Shown: positions 27,631 through 40,949, counted from the first letter of the stretch. The stretch: 64,000 bases of DNA from Chiloscyllium plagiosum (GCF_004010195.1 NC_057716.1:19437396-19501395); one strand, 5' to 3'. Numbers and translations: made by a program. The notes: generated by a model not told the origin, from the sequence alone.

Positions 27631-29529
27631 TTCTGTCCTGATATCCTGACAGTCTGTAAACTTATAGAATCCCATGTACACCTTATTGGAATTCAAATAA
27701 TTTCAGGTCATAAATGTTCTGCACTACATTTACAAGTCACTTATCACAAAGAAGAAAAAGTGTGATCTTTGGACTGTGACCAGACTAAACCTGTATACTG
27801 GTTTTTCAATTGAGCAGTTTCAGTCCCAAGTACCAAGTCCATTACACTTTGTAAAAATTACATTCAGTCCACCTCAGTTCAGTTATTTCATATGCCATGG
27901 CACTGGGGCAGATAATTATGTTTAAGAAGCTGTATTTCAGAAGTGCATTGTGTCAGGATATACATACTCTCAATTTATTACGGTACACAATCTGACAGAA
28001 AGCAGTGACTCAGAAAGCTCGAGACAAGGTAGTTTGCAAGATTGATAGAGCAGTTAATCATGGTCCCTGATCCTCATGACACACAATGCACTGCTTGAGT
28101 GAGCTGGGGTGTATTTTCCATCAGTACTAGGTTTGAAAACAGTCTGAAGAGCTATTACTGCTGACGATCACAGAAGCGTGACTGAAGCAGATGATCCAAA
28201 TGAACATGCCCTCCAGCATGAGTTACAAACATGCTGCTATCCATAGACAACTGGGCAGCTTCGTGACTTTAAGATGCACAATCACACATCCACAAACACC
28301 AACCGGTTTAACAGCTGCTAGGGTCAGTCATGCAATGCTGAAGGGAGACACTGTAACCAAGCCAGAAAACAAAGGCAAAACCCTGGCAGTGATGAGAATC
28401 ACAGGACCTTACAGGAATGGCAGACAGGTGCTAATGTTACCGGACATGCAATCGGAAACCTGGGCTTGGGCTGCTTAATCCACTGAAGTTATTTTCAGAA
28501 AAGAGTAGACAGCCGGGCTCAAGCTCAGAAAGCATAGCATCACCAAATGACTAAAAGGAGACCATTCGATCCATCACGTCAAAAGGAGGAATTCACCTAG
28601 TGCTACTCTCCCACTTTCTTCCCATAACTTTTCATAAATCGCTTTTTTAGATAATAATCAAATTCCTTCCTGAATGCCTCATTTTAAGTTCAAATCCCAC
28701 CATGGCAGCTGGGTGAATTCAAGCTCAATTAACTAAGATACCTGGAATTAAATTCTAGCCTCATAAGAATCACAAAGCTATCAAACTGTCATTTAAAACC
28801 AGTTGGCTCACTAATTTCCTTCAGAGAGGGAAGGAAGTCTGCTACCTTTATCTATTCGTGCGCATGTGACCCCGGAACCACAGCAATTGTGGCTGGCTCT
28901 TTACTTGCAGTTGCCTTTTGAAATGGCATAGCAAGCCACTCAGTTGTACCAAACTAGTATAAAGAAAGCAATGTGAATGCATCTACACCTCACAGACTGC
29001 AGCTGTTCAAGAAAATAGCTCATGATCAAATGTAATGAGGGATGAGCAATAAATACTGCTCTGGTCAGCAACGTACACATCCTACAAATGGAGTTAAAAA
29101 ACAACTCCTCAAATTGCAATATTGTCCAATAAAACAAGAAGGTTTAATTTCCACTGCACTCTTCCTGCCACAGTTGTTACAGGTGTGACAGTGTTTCCAA
29201 AAAACAATTATTAAATCGAACACCCAGTCTGGAAATTCTGTTGTATCCAACCTCTTCTCTTTTAAATAAACATTAAACAGGTCAGACAGCCCATGGTGAG
29301 GCACTGCAACAAAGTTGTCTACAGAAACTAATATTAAAATCTTATCAAAATGTCATTACCGCAGTGATGATGGACCCTAGCCTCCCCAGAAAAAAATGCC
29401 ACCCTCCATACAGATTAAATATTACACAAATGATCATACAGTGACATGTGACATAGGATTCAATTCACACACAGTTCAACTTCTGATTCACCCTGCATTG
29501 CAGGGTACCACTGAACATTTCAACACAAC

Positions 29530-30200
29530 ATATGTGTATAAATCATTGAAGTTAGCAGGACAGGTTAAGAGCATTATTAATAAAACATATTGGATCTTGA
29601 GAGTTATCATTAAGGGCAAAGAGTACAAAAGCAATAAGGTTATGTTAAACTTGTATAGAATTTTGGTGAGACTTAACTGGAGGATTTTCTCTAAATCTAG
29701 ATCCTGTAATTTAGGAAGAATGTGAAGCAATGAAGAGGTTTCAGAAAGGATTCATTAGAATGAGGACCTTCAGTTATGTTGACAGATCAGAGAAATAGGA
29801 ACCGTTTTCTACAGAGAGACAAGAGATTGAGGATGGAGGGATTTAAAGTCTGACAGAGCAGATAAGGAGAAGCTGTTCCCATTAGTGGAAGGATCAAGAA
29901 CCAGAGAATTCAACAACTTATGGTGTTTGGCAAAAGAAGCAATAGCAACATGGGAAAAATCTTTTTCCACACGGTTGGTGGTTGGGATCTGAAATGTACT
30001 GCCCAAGTATGCATGAAGGCAAATTCAGTCAAGGCATTAAAAAGGGAAGTGAACTATCATCTGAAGAGAAAGAATGTGCAGGGTTATGGGGAGAAGGCAG
30101 GGGACATGGCACAAGGTGAACTGCTCTTTTAGAGAATCAGCATAGAAATGGTGGGGTCGAATAGCCTCCTTATGTGCTATAACCATTCTCTGATTCTGTA
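29530..30200 (+). mobile_element. Old CR1 3' fragment
   Basis: 'EYKSNKVMLNLYRILVR', 'LKRKNVQGYGEKAG'. Confidence 0.75.
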
Positions 30201-31261
30201 TCAAGACACTGGGGATTTAGCTCTGAGTGACACCTGCAGCTGCTAATCTGCCAGTCAATATCCTGAACTAGTGCCTAAGTTTTGCAGAAGAATCAAAAAC
30301 CTCAGCCACTGAATGAGGCTGGTGTTATAGAGAGGGCAGCATGACATCCAAACCCAGGTTTGACACACTGGGAAAATGAACAACGTGCCGCATGTAGCAC
30401 AAGGGTAAATAACTGGCAAGTTGGTAGCAAGCACAGCTCTCTCCCCACTGCTTATGGATTAGCAGGAAGAGAGTTCATTTCATCCCATCAGAAAACTGCC
30501 ACCTCAGCTTCACCATTTAGAATTAACTTCCGACATTAGAAATCTCGGTTGGCCAAAAGGCCTGTTTTTATGCGGTTATTACTCTATGATTCTATTCTAT
30601 CACTCTGAACCCTCACAGAAATTGGAAAAGCAGGCCGATTGTTACAAGATGTTTGATGCCCAATGTTGTAAAGGAATAAGTAAATTCCAAGGGCCTGCAT
30701 TTAGACCAGGACTGAGAGTTGACAAGAGGGGGAAAAGGAGAGGAAACCGGAGGCAAATTACTAGCAATTCTCAAGATGCCTATATAACTTCCAAAGCACA
30801 GCTAGCTCCCTCATTACAAGAACAAACCCATGCAAATGAGAGGTCAACACAATGAGGTCTGGATCATGGAAACAGATGACAGGAATATGTCGATAACATC
30901 ATGTTACAAGCTGCCTGCACGATAGTCCTCCACATCATAGCTGTGGAAGTGACCTCTGTTGCTGCCTCACCACTCAGAGTCCCGAATGGGAATCAATAAA
31001 TCACTTTCAATGTGCAGATTGCAAATGAGAATACAGAGTGTGACAGAGTTAAAATATAAATTATAAACTCAGCAGCACACAGTCACCACAGAAGGGCATT
31101 GAATGTGCACAGTAAACAGGAAAAAGTTGGACATATGTCTTTAAACAATTTAGAAGATTCAAAATCGAGCCCAGATATGTGTAAGTACATACCTACACAT
31201 ACAGGACTATAGACCTGTACTCGCAAGATTACAGAGCTGTACTCAGACACACACAATTACA

Positions 31262-31531
31262 GGTCCACAGAAAGTCTCGTACACAGGATTACAGGCAGAT
31301 GCTCTCTCTCTCTCACACACACACATGCACTACTGCACACACGCTGCAGACAATACATACAAATGACTTCAGACCGCAAAGTTGACAAGGTTCCGGTCCA
31401 CAGAAAGTCTCGTACACAGGATTACAGACAGATGCTCTCTCTCTCTCTCTCACACACACACATGCACTACTGCACACACGCTGCAGACAATACATACAAA
31501 TGACTTCAGACCGCAAAGTTGACAAGGTTCC
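31262..31531. repeat. Near-perfect tandem duplication of a ~133-bp unit containing (CT)n(CA)n
   Basis: GGTCCACAGAAAGTCTCGTACAC...GTTGACAAGGTTCC occurs twice, differing mainly in microsatellite length. Confidence 0.92.
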
Positions 31532-32615
31532 ACATAGTAGACTAATTAGCCAAGTTAAAGCACATGGGATTCAGGGTGAGCCTGCCAATTGGATACAAAA
31601 TTGACTTGATGGTAGGAAACAGAGTGTGGTGGTGGAGGATTGTTTTTTGGACTGAAGGCATGTGACCAGCGGTGTTCCAAAGAATCAGTACCCCGTCCAC
31701 TTTTGTTTGTCATTTATATAAATGATTTCAATGGGAATATAGGAGTCAAGGTTAGTAAGTTTACGGATGACACCAAAATTGGTGGTGTAGTGGACAGTGA
31801 AGAAGATTATCTAATATTACAAAGAGATCTTGATCAATTTGGTCAATAGGCTGAGGAGCGACAGATGGAGTTTGATATTGCATTTTGGTAAAACAAACAA
31901 GAGCAAGACTTATACAATTAATGGCAGGACCCCGGGTAGTGCTGTAAAACAGAGAGACCAAGGGTCTCAGGTACATAACTCTTTGAAGTTTGCATTATAG
32001 TAGACAGGGTGTTTAAGAAAGCATTAGCACACTTGCCTTCGCTGCTCAGACTTTTGAGTATAGGAGTATATGGAGTCATGTTGAGGTTGTACAGGAAATT
32101 GGTATGGCCACTTTTGGAGTACTGTGTACAGTCTGGTTGCCCTGATATAAAAAGGATATTACTAAATTGGAGAGAGTTCAGTAGACATTTATCAGAATGT
32201 TGCCAGGAATGGAGCATGAGTTATAAGGATAGGCTGGGATTTTTTCCGCTGGAGGGAGGAGGCTGAGGGGTGATCTTATAGAAGCTTATAAAATCATGAG
32301 GGAGTCTTTTCTCTAGGTTGGGGGGAGTTCAAAACTAGGGGCCATATTTTTAAGATGACAGGGCAAGTTTTAAAATGGACAAGGGGGGGCAACTATTTTC
32401 CCCACAGTGTGGTTTGTGTGTGGAATGAATTGCCAGAGGAAGTCGTGGATATAGGTACAGTTACAACATTTAAAAGACATCTGGAAAAGTACATGAATAG
32501 GAAAGGTTTGGAGAGATATGGGCCAAACGCAGGTAAGTGAGACTAGTTTAATTTGAGAAGGGTCAGTTTGGACTAGTTGGACAGAGGATCTTGTTTCCAT
32601 ACTGGATGACTCAAT
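31532..32615 (+). mobile_element. CR1 LINE 3' part
   Basis: 'PLLFVIYINDF..VSKFTDDTKIGGVVDSEE', 'VWNELPEEVVD..FKRHLEKYMNRKGLERYGPNAGK'. Confidence 0.88.
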
Positions 32616-32834
32616 GCACACACAAATGCACTAAGAAGTCCAGACCAACACACAGACACAGGATTTAGAAGCATGAGGTGCACAGAGTGAATACAGACAT
32701 GCACACTATATTACAGTTCAGCACATGTGCATGACTGGATTAGAGCTACACACTTCCAGATTACAAAAGAAACACACACACACCCATAAACATGATTACA
32801 GACCCAAGGTCACACATATATACTAGACTTCACA

Positions 32835-33280
32835 CCAACACCTCATCTCCAGCAAATTCCTAGATGATTCACAGAACAGATGGCAAACTGGTTAATGAAT
32901 ACCACATTTAAAGCAAGGCCACGCCAACATCATTGAGCTCCAATGTGCAAAAGACACCTGTCTGTGCACCCACTCAGAGCCTGAGCTCCAGGTCATTGGG
33001 GACTCCATCTCTGAAGCACACAAGAAAATGGGTCTTTCACTGAACATCCATAAAACTAAAACCCCACTTCCAAACAGCTCCAAAAAGCATAAGAACACCC
33101 ACATTTGGTTAAGGCCAACTGCGACAGATTGGAAAATGTCATTTTCCTTATGTCTGGAGCCTTCTCTCCATGATAGAGGCATGGACGACCAAGTCAGTCA
33201 TCACCTCCTATGTGCCATCTCAGCCTTTGACTGACTTGAGAAAGAGTATTTGAAGACCAGGATCTGAAGCCAGAGACACA
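32835..33280 (+). mobile_element. Probable decayed RTE-clade LINE fragment
   Basis: 'MGLSLNIHKTK' and 'AISAF' resemble RTE RT segments; very degenerate. Confidence 0.45.
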
Positions 33281-33379
33281 CCATATAGAAGCATGGGATT
33301 ACAGACCCCTGCAAACAAACACGCTATGTGTTAAACATAGTGTATACACAGACAGTCCCACACAGGGGAATCCTTTCCC

Positions 33380-33930
33380 TCGCCGTCCTTGTCCCACTCA
33401 CCTCCAGCTCTAGGCCCGAACCTTCTTTCCGAAGTCTCTTAGCCCACGCCTTCCCTCGGCCCGTCCCCCGGAATCTACCTGTACTGCCGGCAGCGTGTGT
33501 CCTCCGTTGCGCGGGGTTACACCCTGACTCCTCAGGCCCGGCTCCGGGCTCCTGGCTTCATTCCCCTCCTTCAATAACATCCAGGAGCCGGCCCCTTCCA
33601 CTACTCCATCCGCCTCTCCCATTGGCCCTCCACCCGCCACCATCCGCGCCGCCCATTGGTCAGGGGCGCGGGTGTCACATTCTATACCCACCGGCTACCA
33701 GCCGGCTCGGTGTCACACGCTAAGCCCTCCGGGTCTGCAGGTTTCTCGGCGTCCGCTGGCTGTATCGAGCTCCACAACCGATACAAAGACCTTTTTTGAT
33801 GTCTCCGGATCCCCCCACTACGCTAGGCATGTCTTTGCCATTTCTCTACTGTATTTCCAGTTTGAAACGGTGGTTGTAATGGAGGGGGAGTTATCCCATT
33901 ATCCACCGCGGCTGCGGACCCTCGCCATTG
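33380..33930 (-). promoter_or_regulatory. HYCC2: CpG island: probable HYCC2 promoter and non-coding exon 1 (donor after 33402)
   Basis: CpG-rich; minus-strand consensus donor GGAG|GTGAGT (33396-33401); two CCAAT boxes (ATTGG at 33621 and 33655) and GC boxes upstream of it. Confidence 0.7.
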
Positions 33931-34121
33931 AAGCCCAGGTTCCTATTGTATCAACAGGGGAGTTTCACCAGCGCTCTGCATGCTGGGACCTCAGGATTGC
34001 CATCATTGGCAGCTGGCGCAAATGGATACATGACAGCTGGAAAAAAACAGGAGAAATACACACTGTCGTGTAATTCCCACTTCTGCACTGCCATGTCTCC
34101 ATCATTTGCAGACTTTTCAAA

Positions 34122-34433
34122 AGGTGGCACAGTGGTTAGCACTGTTGCCTCACGGCGCCAGAGACCCGGGTTCAATTCCCACCTCAGGCGACTGACTGTG
34201 TGGAGTTTGCACATTCTCCCCATGTCTACGTGGGTTTCCTCCGGGTGCTCCGGTTTCCTCCCACAGTCCAAAAATGTGCAGGTTAGGTGGATTGGCCATG
34301 CTAAATTGCCCGTAGTGTTAGGTGAAAGTGTAAAAATGGAGGGGAATGGGTTTGGGTGGGTTGCGCTTCGGCAGGTTGGTGTGGACTCGTTGGGCCGAAG
34401 GGCCCGTTTCCACACTGTAGGTAATCTAATCTA
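34122..34433 (+). mobile_element. HE1-type V-SINE
   Basis: GGTGGCACAGTGGTTAGCACTGTTGCCTCACGGCGCCAGAGACCCGGGTTCAATTCC head; V-domain; (AATCT)n tail. Confidence 0.92.
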
Positions 34434-34720
34434 ATATTAACAGGTATCACTAGAGAAGGACATGCACCCTCTGTGACCTGAGGATGTACGACAGATTGAT
34501 TATTGCACAAAAGGACCCCATTTGGCCTGCCTGTCTGTAATGCTCTCAGAAGAAGCAATTCTTTTAGTAGCTTTGCACATTCTTTCTTTTTCAGACAACA
34601 GTCCAAATCCCTCTTAAATGCTTTGATTGAACTTGCCCCCATCACACTCTCAGATCTTAACCACTCAATATGTGAAAGGGCATTGCCTCATATTGTTTTT
34701 GCCAAACATTTTAAATCCAT

Positions 34721-35133
34721 ATAGAAAGTGAGGACTGCAGATGCTGGAATACAGGATCGAGAGTGTGGTGTTGGAAAAGCACAGCAGGTCAGGCAGCATC
34801 CAAGGAGCAGGGGAATCGACATTTCAGGCATGGTTTCTGATGAAGGACTTATGCCCGAAATGTTGATTCTCCTGCTCCTCGGATGCTTCCTGAGCTGTTT
34901 GCTTTTCCAGCACCACAATCTCAATTTTAAACCCATGGAGAAACTCAGCAGGTCTGGCAGTATCTGTGGAGAGAGAAGGCAGGGTTAATGTTTCCAATTC
35001 CTTGGCCCTTCTTGAGACTGGACCCGAAATGTTAATTCTGCTTTCTCTGTCTGCAGATGCTGCCAGACCTGCTGAGTATCTCCAGCAATTTCTGATTTTG
35101 TTTCAATTTTCCAAAATCTGCATTTTTTAAAAC
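34721..35133. mobile_element. Two tandem palindromic (fold-back) non-autonomous elements, likely PLE-derived, inside a minus-strand CR1 tail
   Basis: 34721-34925 has TGGAAAAGCACAGCAGGTCAGGCAGCATC.. / ..GATGCTTCCTGAGCTGTTTGCTTTTCCA arms; 34937-35133 has CTCAGCAGGTCTGGCAGTATCTG / CAGATGCTGCCAGACCTGCTGAG arms. Confidence 0.75.
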
Positions 35134-35489
35134 TTTAAATCCATGTCTTCTCTTTTATGACGCTTTCATGGATGGGAAATATTTTTCCCTGTCTACTCTA
35201 TCCAGATCCCTCATGATTTTGATATCTCTATCAAATTTGCTCTCAGCCTTTACTTCTGAAAAACAATCCTGACTTCTCAAATCAACCTTCATAACTGAAA
35301 CTGCAAAGCATGTTTTAGCCCATGACACATTTCTGAAGTGCTGCAAGATCCCACAAACAGCAGTATAAGGATCAGATAATCTGCTTTATTTAATGATGTC
35401 AACAGCACAAATATTAGACTGAATACTGGGCAGCACTCCCTTGAATAATACAATGGAATGAGATGTCAAATTAAGTCCCTTTCTGACTC

Positions 35490-35750
35490 TTGGGTGAATG
35501 TGAAAGATAACATTTTAAAAGAAAATCAGGGGAATGCTTGATGTCCTGGCCAATATTTATCCTCAATCAACTTCTCAAAAAAAGACTATTTCCTTATTCT
35601 CACATTTGGTTTGTGGGAATTTGCTATGCACAAAGAGGTTGCCTTGTTTCCTACATTACAGCAAGAAGTACTCTTCAAAACAACTACTGGTTGTAAAGTA
35701 CTTTGTGACATCCCAAAGTTTTGAAAGGCATTACTCAAATGAAAGTTTTT
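35490..35750 (+). mobile_element. Deu-domain SINE, within pieces of an oppositely oriented copy
   Basis: GTCCTGGCCAATATTTATCCTCAATCAAC..TTTGTGGGAATTTGCTATGCACAAA..TTTCCTACATTACA..TGTAAAG. Confidence 0.7.
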
Positions 35751-36199
35751 AATCATTTGCATCTTCCACAAGGAGAAGATAGGGCCTCAGTTACACGTCT
35801 CATTCTCACCTTTGACAGTCCAGCCCTCCATCAGTAATGCACTGGGAGTGGTACTCTGAAATATGCACTCAAACTGCAGAAAATCTTGAACTTATTACCT
35901 CTGACTCAGAGCTGAGGAGGTTACTGCCCAAGCCATGTTTACACTAAGTTGTACAAAATGACAAAATCACTCATAAAACTTGACAGAGATGTGGATAATT
36001 CATATTATAGCTCTAAAAAAAAGTGACTTGGTAATAAAAACATTTTTGCACTTCACAGCACTGGAGAGGATGCTGAAAGTCTATGCATCAGTACAGAAAG
36101 AAAAGTCAGGGTATACTGCACAAGATAGGGGACTGTAGAAAATGACAACATCAGAATGACACCTTAGTACTGTTTCAAACTCTGTGGGAGCTTGTACTA

Positions 36200-38300
36200 A
36201 GGAGATCAACAACTCGTATTTATATAGCAATATTTATATAATAAAATATCCCATGGTGCTTCATAGGGGTATTATAAAACATATTATGACATCCTACAAG
36301 ATGATATTAGATCAAATGACTGCTGCTTTGTTCAAGGAATTGTTTTTTAAAGAATGTCACAAAGATCAAAAGTGAGATGGAAAGGCTTAGAACCCAGGCA
36401 ACTGAAAGCAGAGTGATCAATGATACAGTGATTATATTGTGAATGCTCAACAGGCCAGAATTAGAGGAGTGCAGAGCTCTCTGTGGGTTTTAAAGATAGA
36501 AGAGATTACAGACATAGGGTTGGATGAGTCTGTGGGGGGAATTGAAATCCAGATTTTAACAGGAAGATGTTTAACTGGGTGACACTGTCGATAGCATGTT
36601 CAGGGATTAAAGGGGAAAGGGACTTGATGTCAGTAAGATATAGGTTGAACTTTACAGATGGCCTGAAGTTTATAGAGGGTAGATGGTGGGGACCAGTCAG
36701 AAATAGTCAAATCTGAAGTTAACGAAAGCATGGTTAGGCTTTCAGTAACAGTTGATATGAGGGAGAGACAAAGATTGGCAGGGTTATGCAAGTGAGAAAA
36801 ATGGTGGTCTTGGTAATGCAATGAAAATGTAATTAAAAGTTCATCTTGGGACCAAACTGTTTGTTTCAGCCTCAGGAGTGGAGTTAAATCAGAGGTGAGG
36901 TAGAAGAGTGCCGAGGACTAATGATGTTAGATTTGGTAATTATAATATTGAACTAGACAGAATTTCATCCAGTACTGGATACTGGACAGGCAGTCTGGTA
37001 AAATAGACACAATGGAGGAATCCAAAGACATGGTTGCTGAGGTAGTGCTGGTTATCATTACCTTGTATGGGGAATTTGATGAAGTATTTTTGGACAAAAT
37101 TGTCAAGGGCAGCATGTAAATGAAGGAAACCAAGAACCGATTCTAGTCGGTCACCTCAGAGCATGATGCAGGAGCAGGAAGAGAAACCACTGCTGATGAT
37201 AGTGTGGCTACACTTAGCTTTTTTGAGGAGAAGGCAAATTTAAAGGAGAGAGGTACAACATGTAAAAAGAGATAACTGTTAACAGTATTAACTAATGTGC
37301 AGGTTAGGAGTGTAAGTTGAATGCTCAACAGCCAAGAGAGAACATGATCGAAGGAATGGGGCATGGGTTTGAGGAGAGACAGTAGAAAAATTCAAGAAAG
37401 AATCAAGTTTTGGCTTAAGATATGGGAGTCCTTGCTAGAAATGTATCTTGAAGGGCTGGGGAAAGGATGGAAGTAACAGAGGTGGGAGTAGAATGAATGG
37501 GAACGGAGTTTTAAGAAGTTGGTTTGCAGTAAAATAAAAGACAGGAGTTGTGTTTGCATTCAAGGATATCCTGAAGAAATGGATACTGTAGTTGTATTTG
37601 ACAAAAGCAGAATATGATGGAGCTTTAAGTGATCTAGTCAGATCAGGCAACAAATGGCTGTCCCAGATGTCCACCATATCCTATTAAGTATGTGGTCCTT
37701 TGACTTAAGGGAGTGGAGGTGAGGGCCATACTGAGAAAGCAGCAAACAGCCAGTATGTTATGAATTTTTTGGGGTAACTAGGACACCACGTGTGGAAGAG
37801 AGAGCACAGTTGAGCAAATCAATTGCTACAGAAATCTGATCAATGGAGGGTCAAAGGATAGAAAGTTGGGAATTTGAGAGTACAGCTCAAAGTAAAATTG
37901 GGAGATTGATTGGACCAGGAATGGATATAGAAGGAAGTAGAGTTGGGATGGTGAGGCAGAATATGGGTATTAAGTGATACAAAAAGTTTATCAATGATAT
38001 CTGTACTTGTGATTTACATTATAGGTATAGTGTTGGAAGAAACAAATAATAAATATTGTGTTGGAGGGCATAATGCAGAAGATACAATTAATGAAGGGTA
38101 AAAGGAGTGAACAGAGAGAAAGTGTTGAATTGAGATGGAGATTAAAATCACTGAGGATGCAAAGCTGTCTGGAGCAAAGGTTGAGGAAGGAAAGCAGTTG
38201 AAACATCGGTATAGAACTAGGGAGGATGATTGAGAAGCAGTATTTAATATGAGAAGAGAGAGATAGAACAAAATAAAAACCTAAGGGTCAGAGGAGTAGG
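36200..38300 (-). mobile_element. Ancient L2-like LINE, fragmented
   Basis: 3' tail CTATATAAATACGAGTTGTTG (minus); RT remnants 'LPDCLSSIQYWM' and endonuclease remnant 'LCILSDFNLHLN'. Confidence 0.6.
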
Positions 38301-38409
38301 GGGTTAGACCAGGGGTTGAGTGAGACATAATATGAAGAACATAGTCAGGCAGGGAGCCTATGTTATTGGGAATTGTGTCGTCTCCCCTCAGTCAGATTTC
38401 TACTGGTGG

Positions 38410-38610
38410 AAAATTGCTGGAAGAACTCAGCAGGTCTGGCAGGATCTGTGCTGAGAAAGCAGAATTAATGTTTCAGGTCCAGCGACCCTTCTTCAGAACT
38501 CTTCAGTTAACAACACTTTGTCTCCACAGATGCTGCCAGATCTGCAGTGATTTTTGAGCAAATTCTGATTTGGTTTCTGATTTCCAGCATCTGCAGTTCT
38601 TTGGGTTTTT
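38410..38610. mobile_element. Palindromic PLE-derived element with minus-strand hammerhead-like core
   Basis: Arms CTCAGCAGGTCTGGCAGGATCTGTG / CACAGATGCTGCCAGATCTGCAG; the minus strand at 38467-38499 reads CTGAAGA-AGGGTC-GCTG-GACCT-GAAAC. Confidence 0.65.
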
Positions 38611-39707
38611 GGTTTGGTTCCATTTAGGGCCATGATTTCTATGCAATCATTCATAATAAGTTCATGGTTGGAAAGCGCTTTGTTCACAAGTAAATGAATA
38701 ATGTTGCAGAGAGATGTAGAGGAGATGTGTGCTGATCCACTGGTAGAATCTAAAGGATTAGCAGCAAGTGAGATGAGTGTGACAGGTCAAAATTGGCAAG
38801 GTTAGTCCCCAGTGGGCACACAACACAGAAAGATCAGCAAGAATAGGATGGGGTGGTTCAACTGGCTGTTTATGAGGAGGGAACAGTGGATGCCTTAATG
38901 GCCCATGTGGGGAATTCTACCAAAGACCTAGAAAGAACTGTAGACCGACCAATCAGAGAGTTAAGCCTGTGGCAGCAGCAGAAGAGTAGGAAAGTTCAGA
39001 AATACTGGGCAGTTGGAGTAGAGATTCAAAAGGACAGAATAACTGAGAGGCCAAAGTCGTCATAACAATGAAAGGGAGTGATTGAGGAGGGGCAGAGAAA
39101 AAAATAAAATGAAGGAGAAAGGTAGTAGAAGTTCAACTGAAGTGATACTATTAGGTCAGGAGCAACAGCCAAAGACTGCACAAGAATGGATGAGGGGAAG
39201 CCTGAGTTACATGACAGAATATTTAGTATTAATTAGGATACTTATAGTAGTACTAAAAAGGGAATATAGGGGAACAATAGGAGATAGTTCAGAGTTAAAG
39301 TCAGAATCCCATATTAAAATTGTAGCTGGAATTCGTATGGAGCACTGATGACTTAGTATCCACATTCAGAGACAGATATTGCAGGTAAGTGAAGGCCAGG
39401 CATTATTCCAAAGGGAGACCATCAGTGGACACACTGGATTCTCACTGGATGAATATCAAGGTCAGGAGTGGGGGCACAAGAGCAGAATAGATTACAGAAC
39501 AAAAGATGATGATCACTGGTGGCATGAAAGAACTGGCACCAGTGGATATATTTAGAACTTTCTTTATACATTCTGTAATGTGGACATTGCTGCTTAGGCT
39601 AGCATTTGTTGTCCATCCCTAATTGCCCTTGCAAACATGGTATTGAAGCATGTTCTTGTGTTGCTCAGGAGGGAGTTCCAGTGACAGTAAAGAAACAACA
39701 ATATACT

Positions 39708-39871
39708 GAGTTGAGTGTGGTGCTGAAAAAACACAGCAGGTCAGGCAGCATTTGAGGAGCAGGAAAATCGACACTTTGGGCATAAGCCCTTCATCAGGAA
39801 TGAGGCCTCTGACACTCCAAAATCTTCAGTCCTCACTTTCTCCTAGTTGATTATAACCTTACTGCGGAACT
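39708..39871. mobile_element. Short PLE-derived insertion with 10-bp target duplication
   Basis: ACAATATACT at 39698-39707 and 39872-39881; contains minus-strand CTGATGA-AGGGC-TTAT-GCCC. Confidence 0.7.
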
Positions 39872-40699
39872 ACAATATACTTCCTAATCAGGATCAAGAG
39901 TGGCTTGGAGGGGAACTTGCAACACGTGGTGTTCCCATGTATTTGCTGCCCTTATCCATCGATATGGAAGAGGCCATGGATTTCAAAGGAGCGTTGGTGA
40001 GTTGCTGACGTGCATCTTGTCAATCATACACACTGTTGCTACTGTGCATCCATGGAGGAACTGAATATCTGTGGATGTGGTGCCAGTCGAGTGAGCTGCT
40101 TTGTCCTGGATGGTCTCAAATTTTTCGAGTTTTGTTGGAGCTGGATGTGGGGAACATCCCATCACCATTCAGAGTTGTTTCTTGACAGTGGTGCACAGGC
40201 TTTGGGGACTGAGGTGAATTACCTTCTGCAGCATGGCGGAATGGGTACTGCAGATGCTTGGAGATTAGAGAGGTGCTGGAAAAGCACAGCAGGTCAGGCA
40301 GCGTCCGAGGATCGACGTTTCGGGCAGAAGCCCTTCACCAGGAAAGGGCTGCAGCATTCCTACCCTCCGACCTGCATTTTGTAGGCACGATATTAATGTG
40401 GTCAATCCAGTTCATTCCCTTTGAAGAGAAAATGAGGTCTGCAGATGCTGGAGATCAGAGATGGAAATGTGTTGCTGGAGAAGCGCAGCAGGTCAGGCAG
40501 CATCTAGGGAACCCTACCCTCCGACCTGCATTTTGTAGGCACGATATTAATGTGGTCAATCCAGTTCATTCCCTTTGTCAATCCCACTCCCTGTCATGAT
40601 GAGAATTCCCTGACCCATTCCCACTTATACTGATGATCCCCATTCTTTATCCACCTCCTCATTCCTATTCCTCTCACCTATTCCCGTTCACCATTCGTG

Positions 40700-40949
40700 T
40701 CTTCCTCGCCCCCGGCCCTACTTTAATCCAGCCACCACAGTCTCCCGTCCGGGTCTCCAATCCCTCCCTCCGCCTCTGATCCGATTCAACTGAGTGCGCA
40801 AGCGCGGAGGCGGAATGCTCACGTGGCGGAGGTGGGCGGGGCGGAGCGGCGCGGCGGGTGTGTGTATGCGCGCGCGGGGCGGGTGTGGCGTTTCCGGGGT
40901 CACTCGGTGTGTCGTTGCTTCCGGGTCAGCTGGAGGGCGCACTCTCACC
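40700..40949 (+). promoter_or_regulatory. NDUFB3: CpG-island promoter of NDUFB3
   Basis: NRF1-like TGCGCAAGCGC (40795) and ATGCGCGCGCG (40866), E-box CACGTG (40820), GC boxes, ETS/GABP TTCCGG (40892, 40919). This motif set is typical of nuclear respiratory-chain genes. Confidence 0.75.

Noticed and set aside
33928-34434. 168-aa and 154-aa ORFs (also 25218-25568) and tRNA-like A/B boxes
   Set aside because: These are HE1 SINE sequence; the heads are tRNA-derived but are not tRNA genes.
40794-40949. In-frame Arg-rich N-terminal extension of NDUFB3 (ATGs at 40815 and 40866) resembling a mitochondrial presequence
   Set aside because: It overlaps promoter motifs probably upstream of the TSS, GC-rich DNA gives such open frames by chance, and ATG 40950 has the strong Kozak context. 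5' RACE would settle it.
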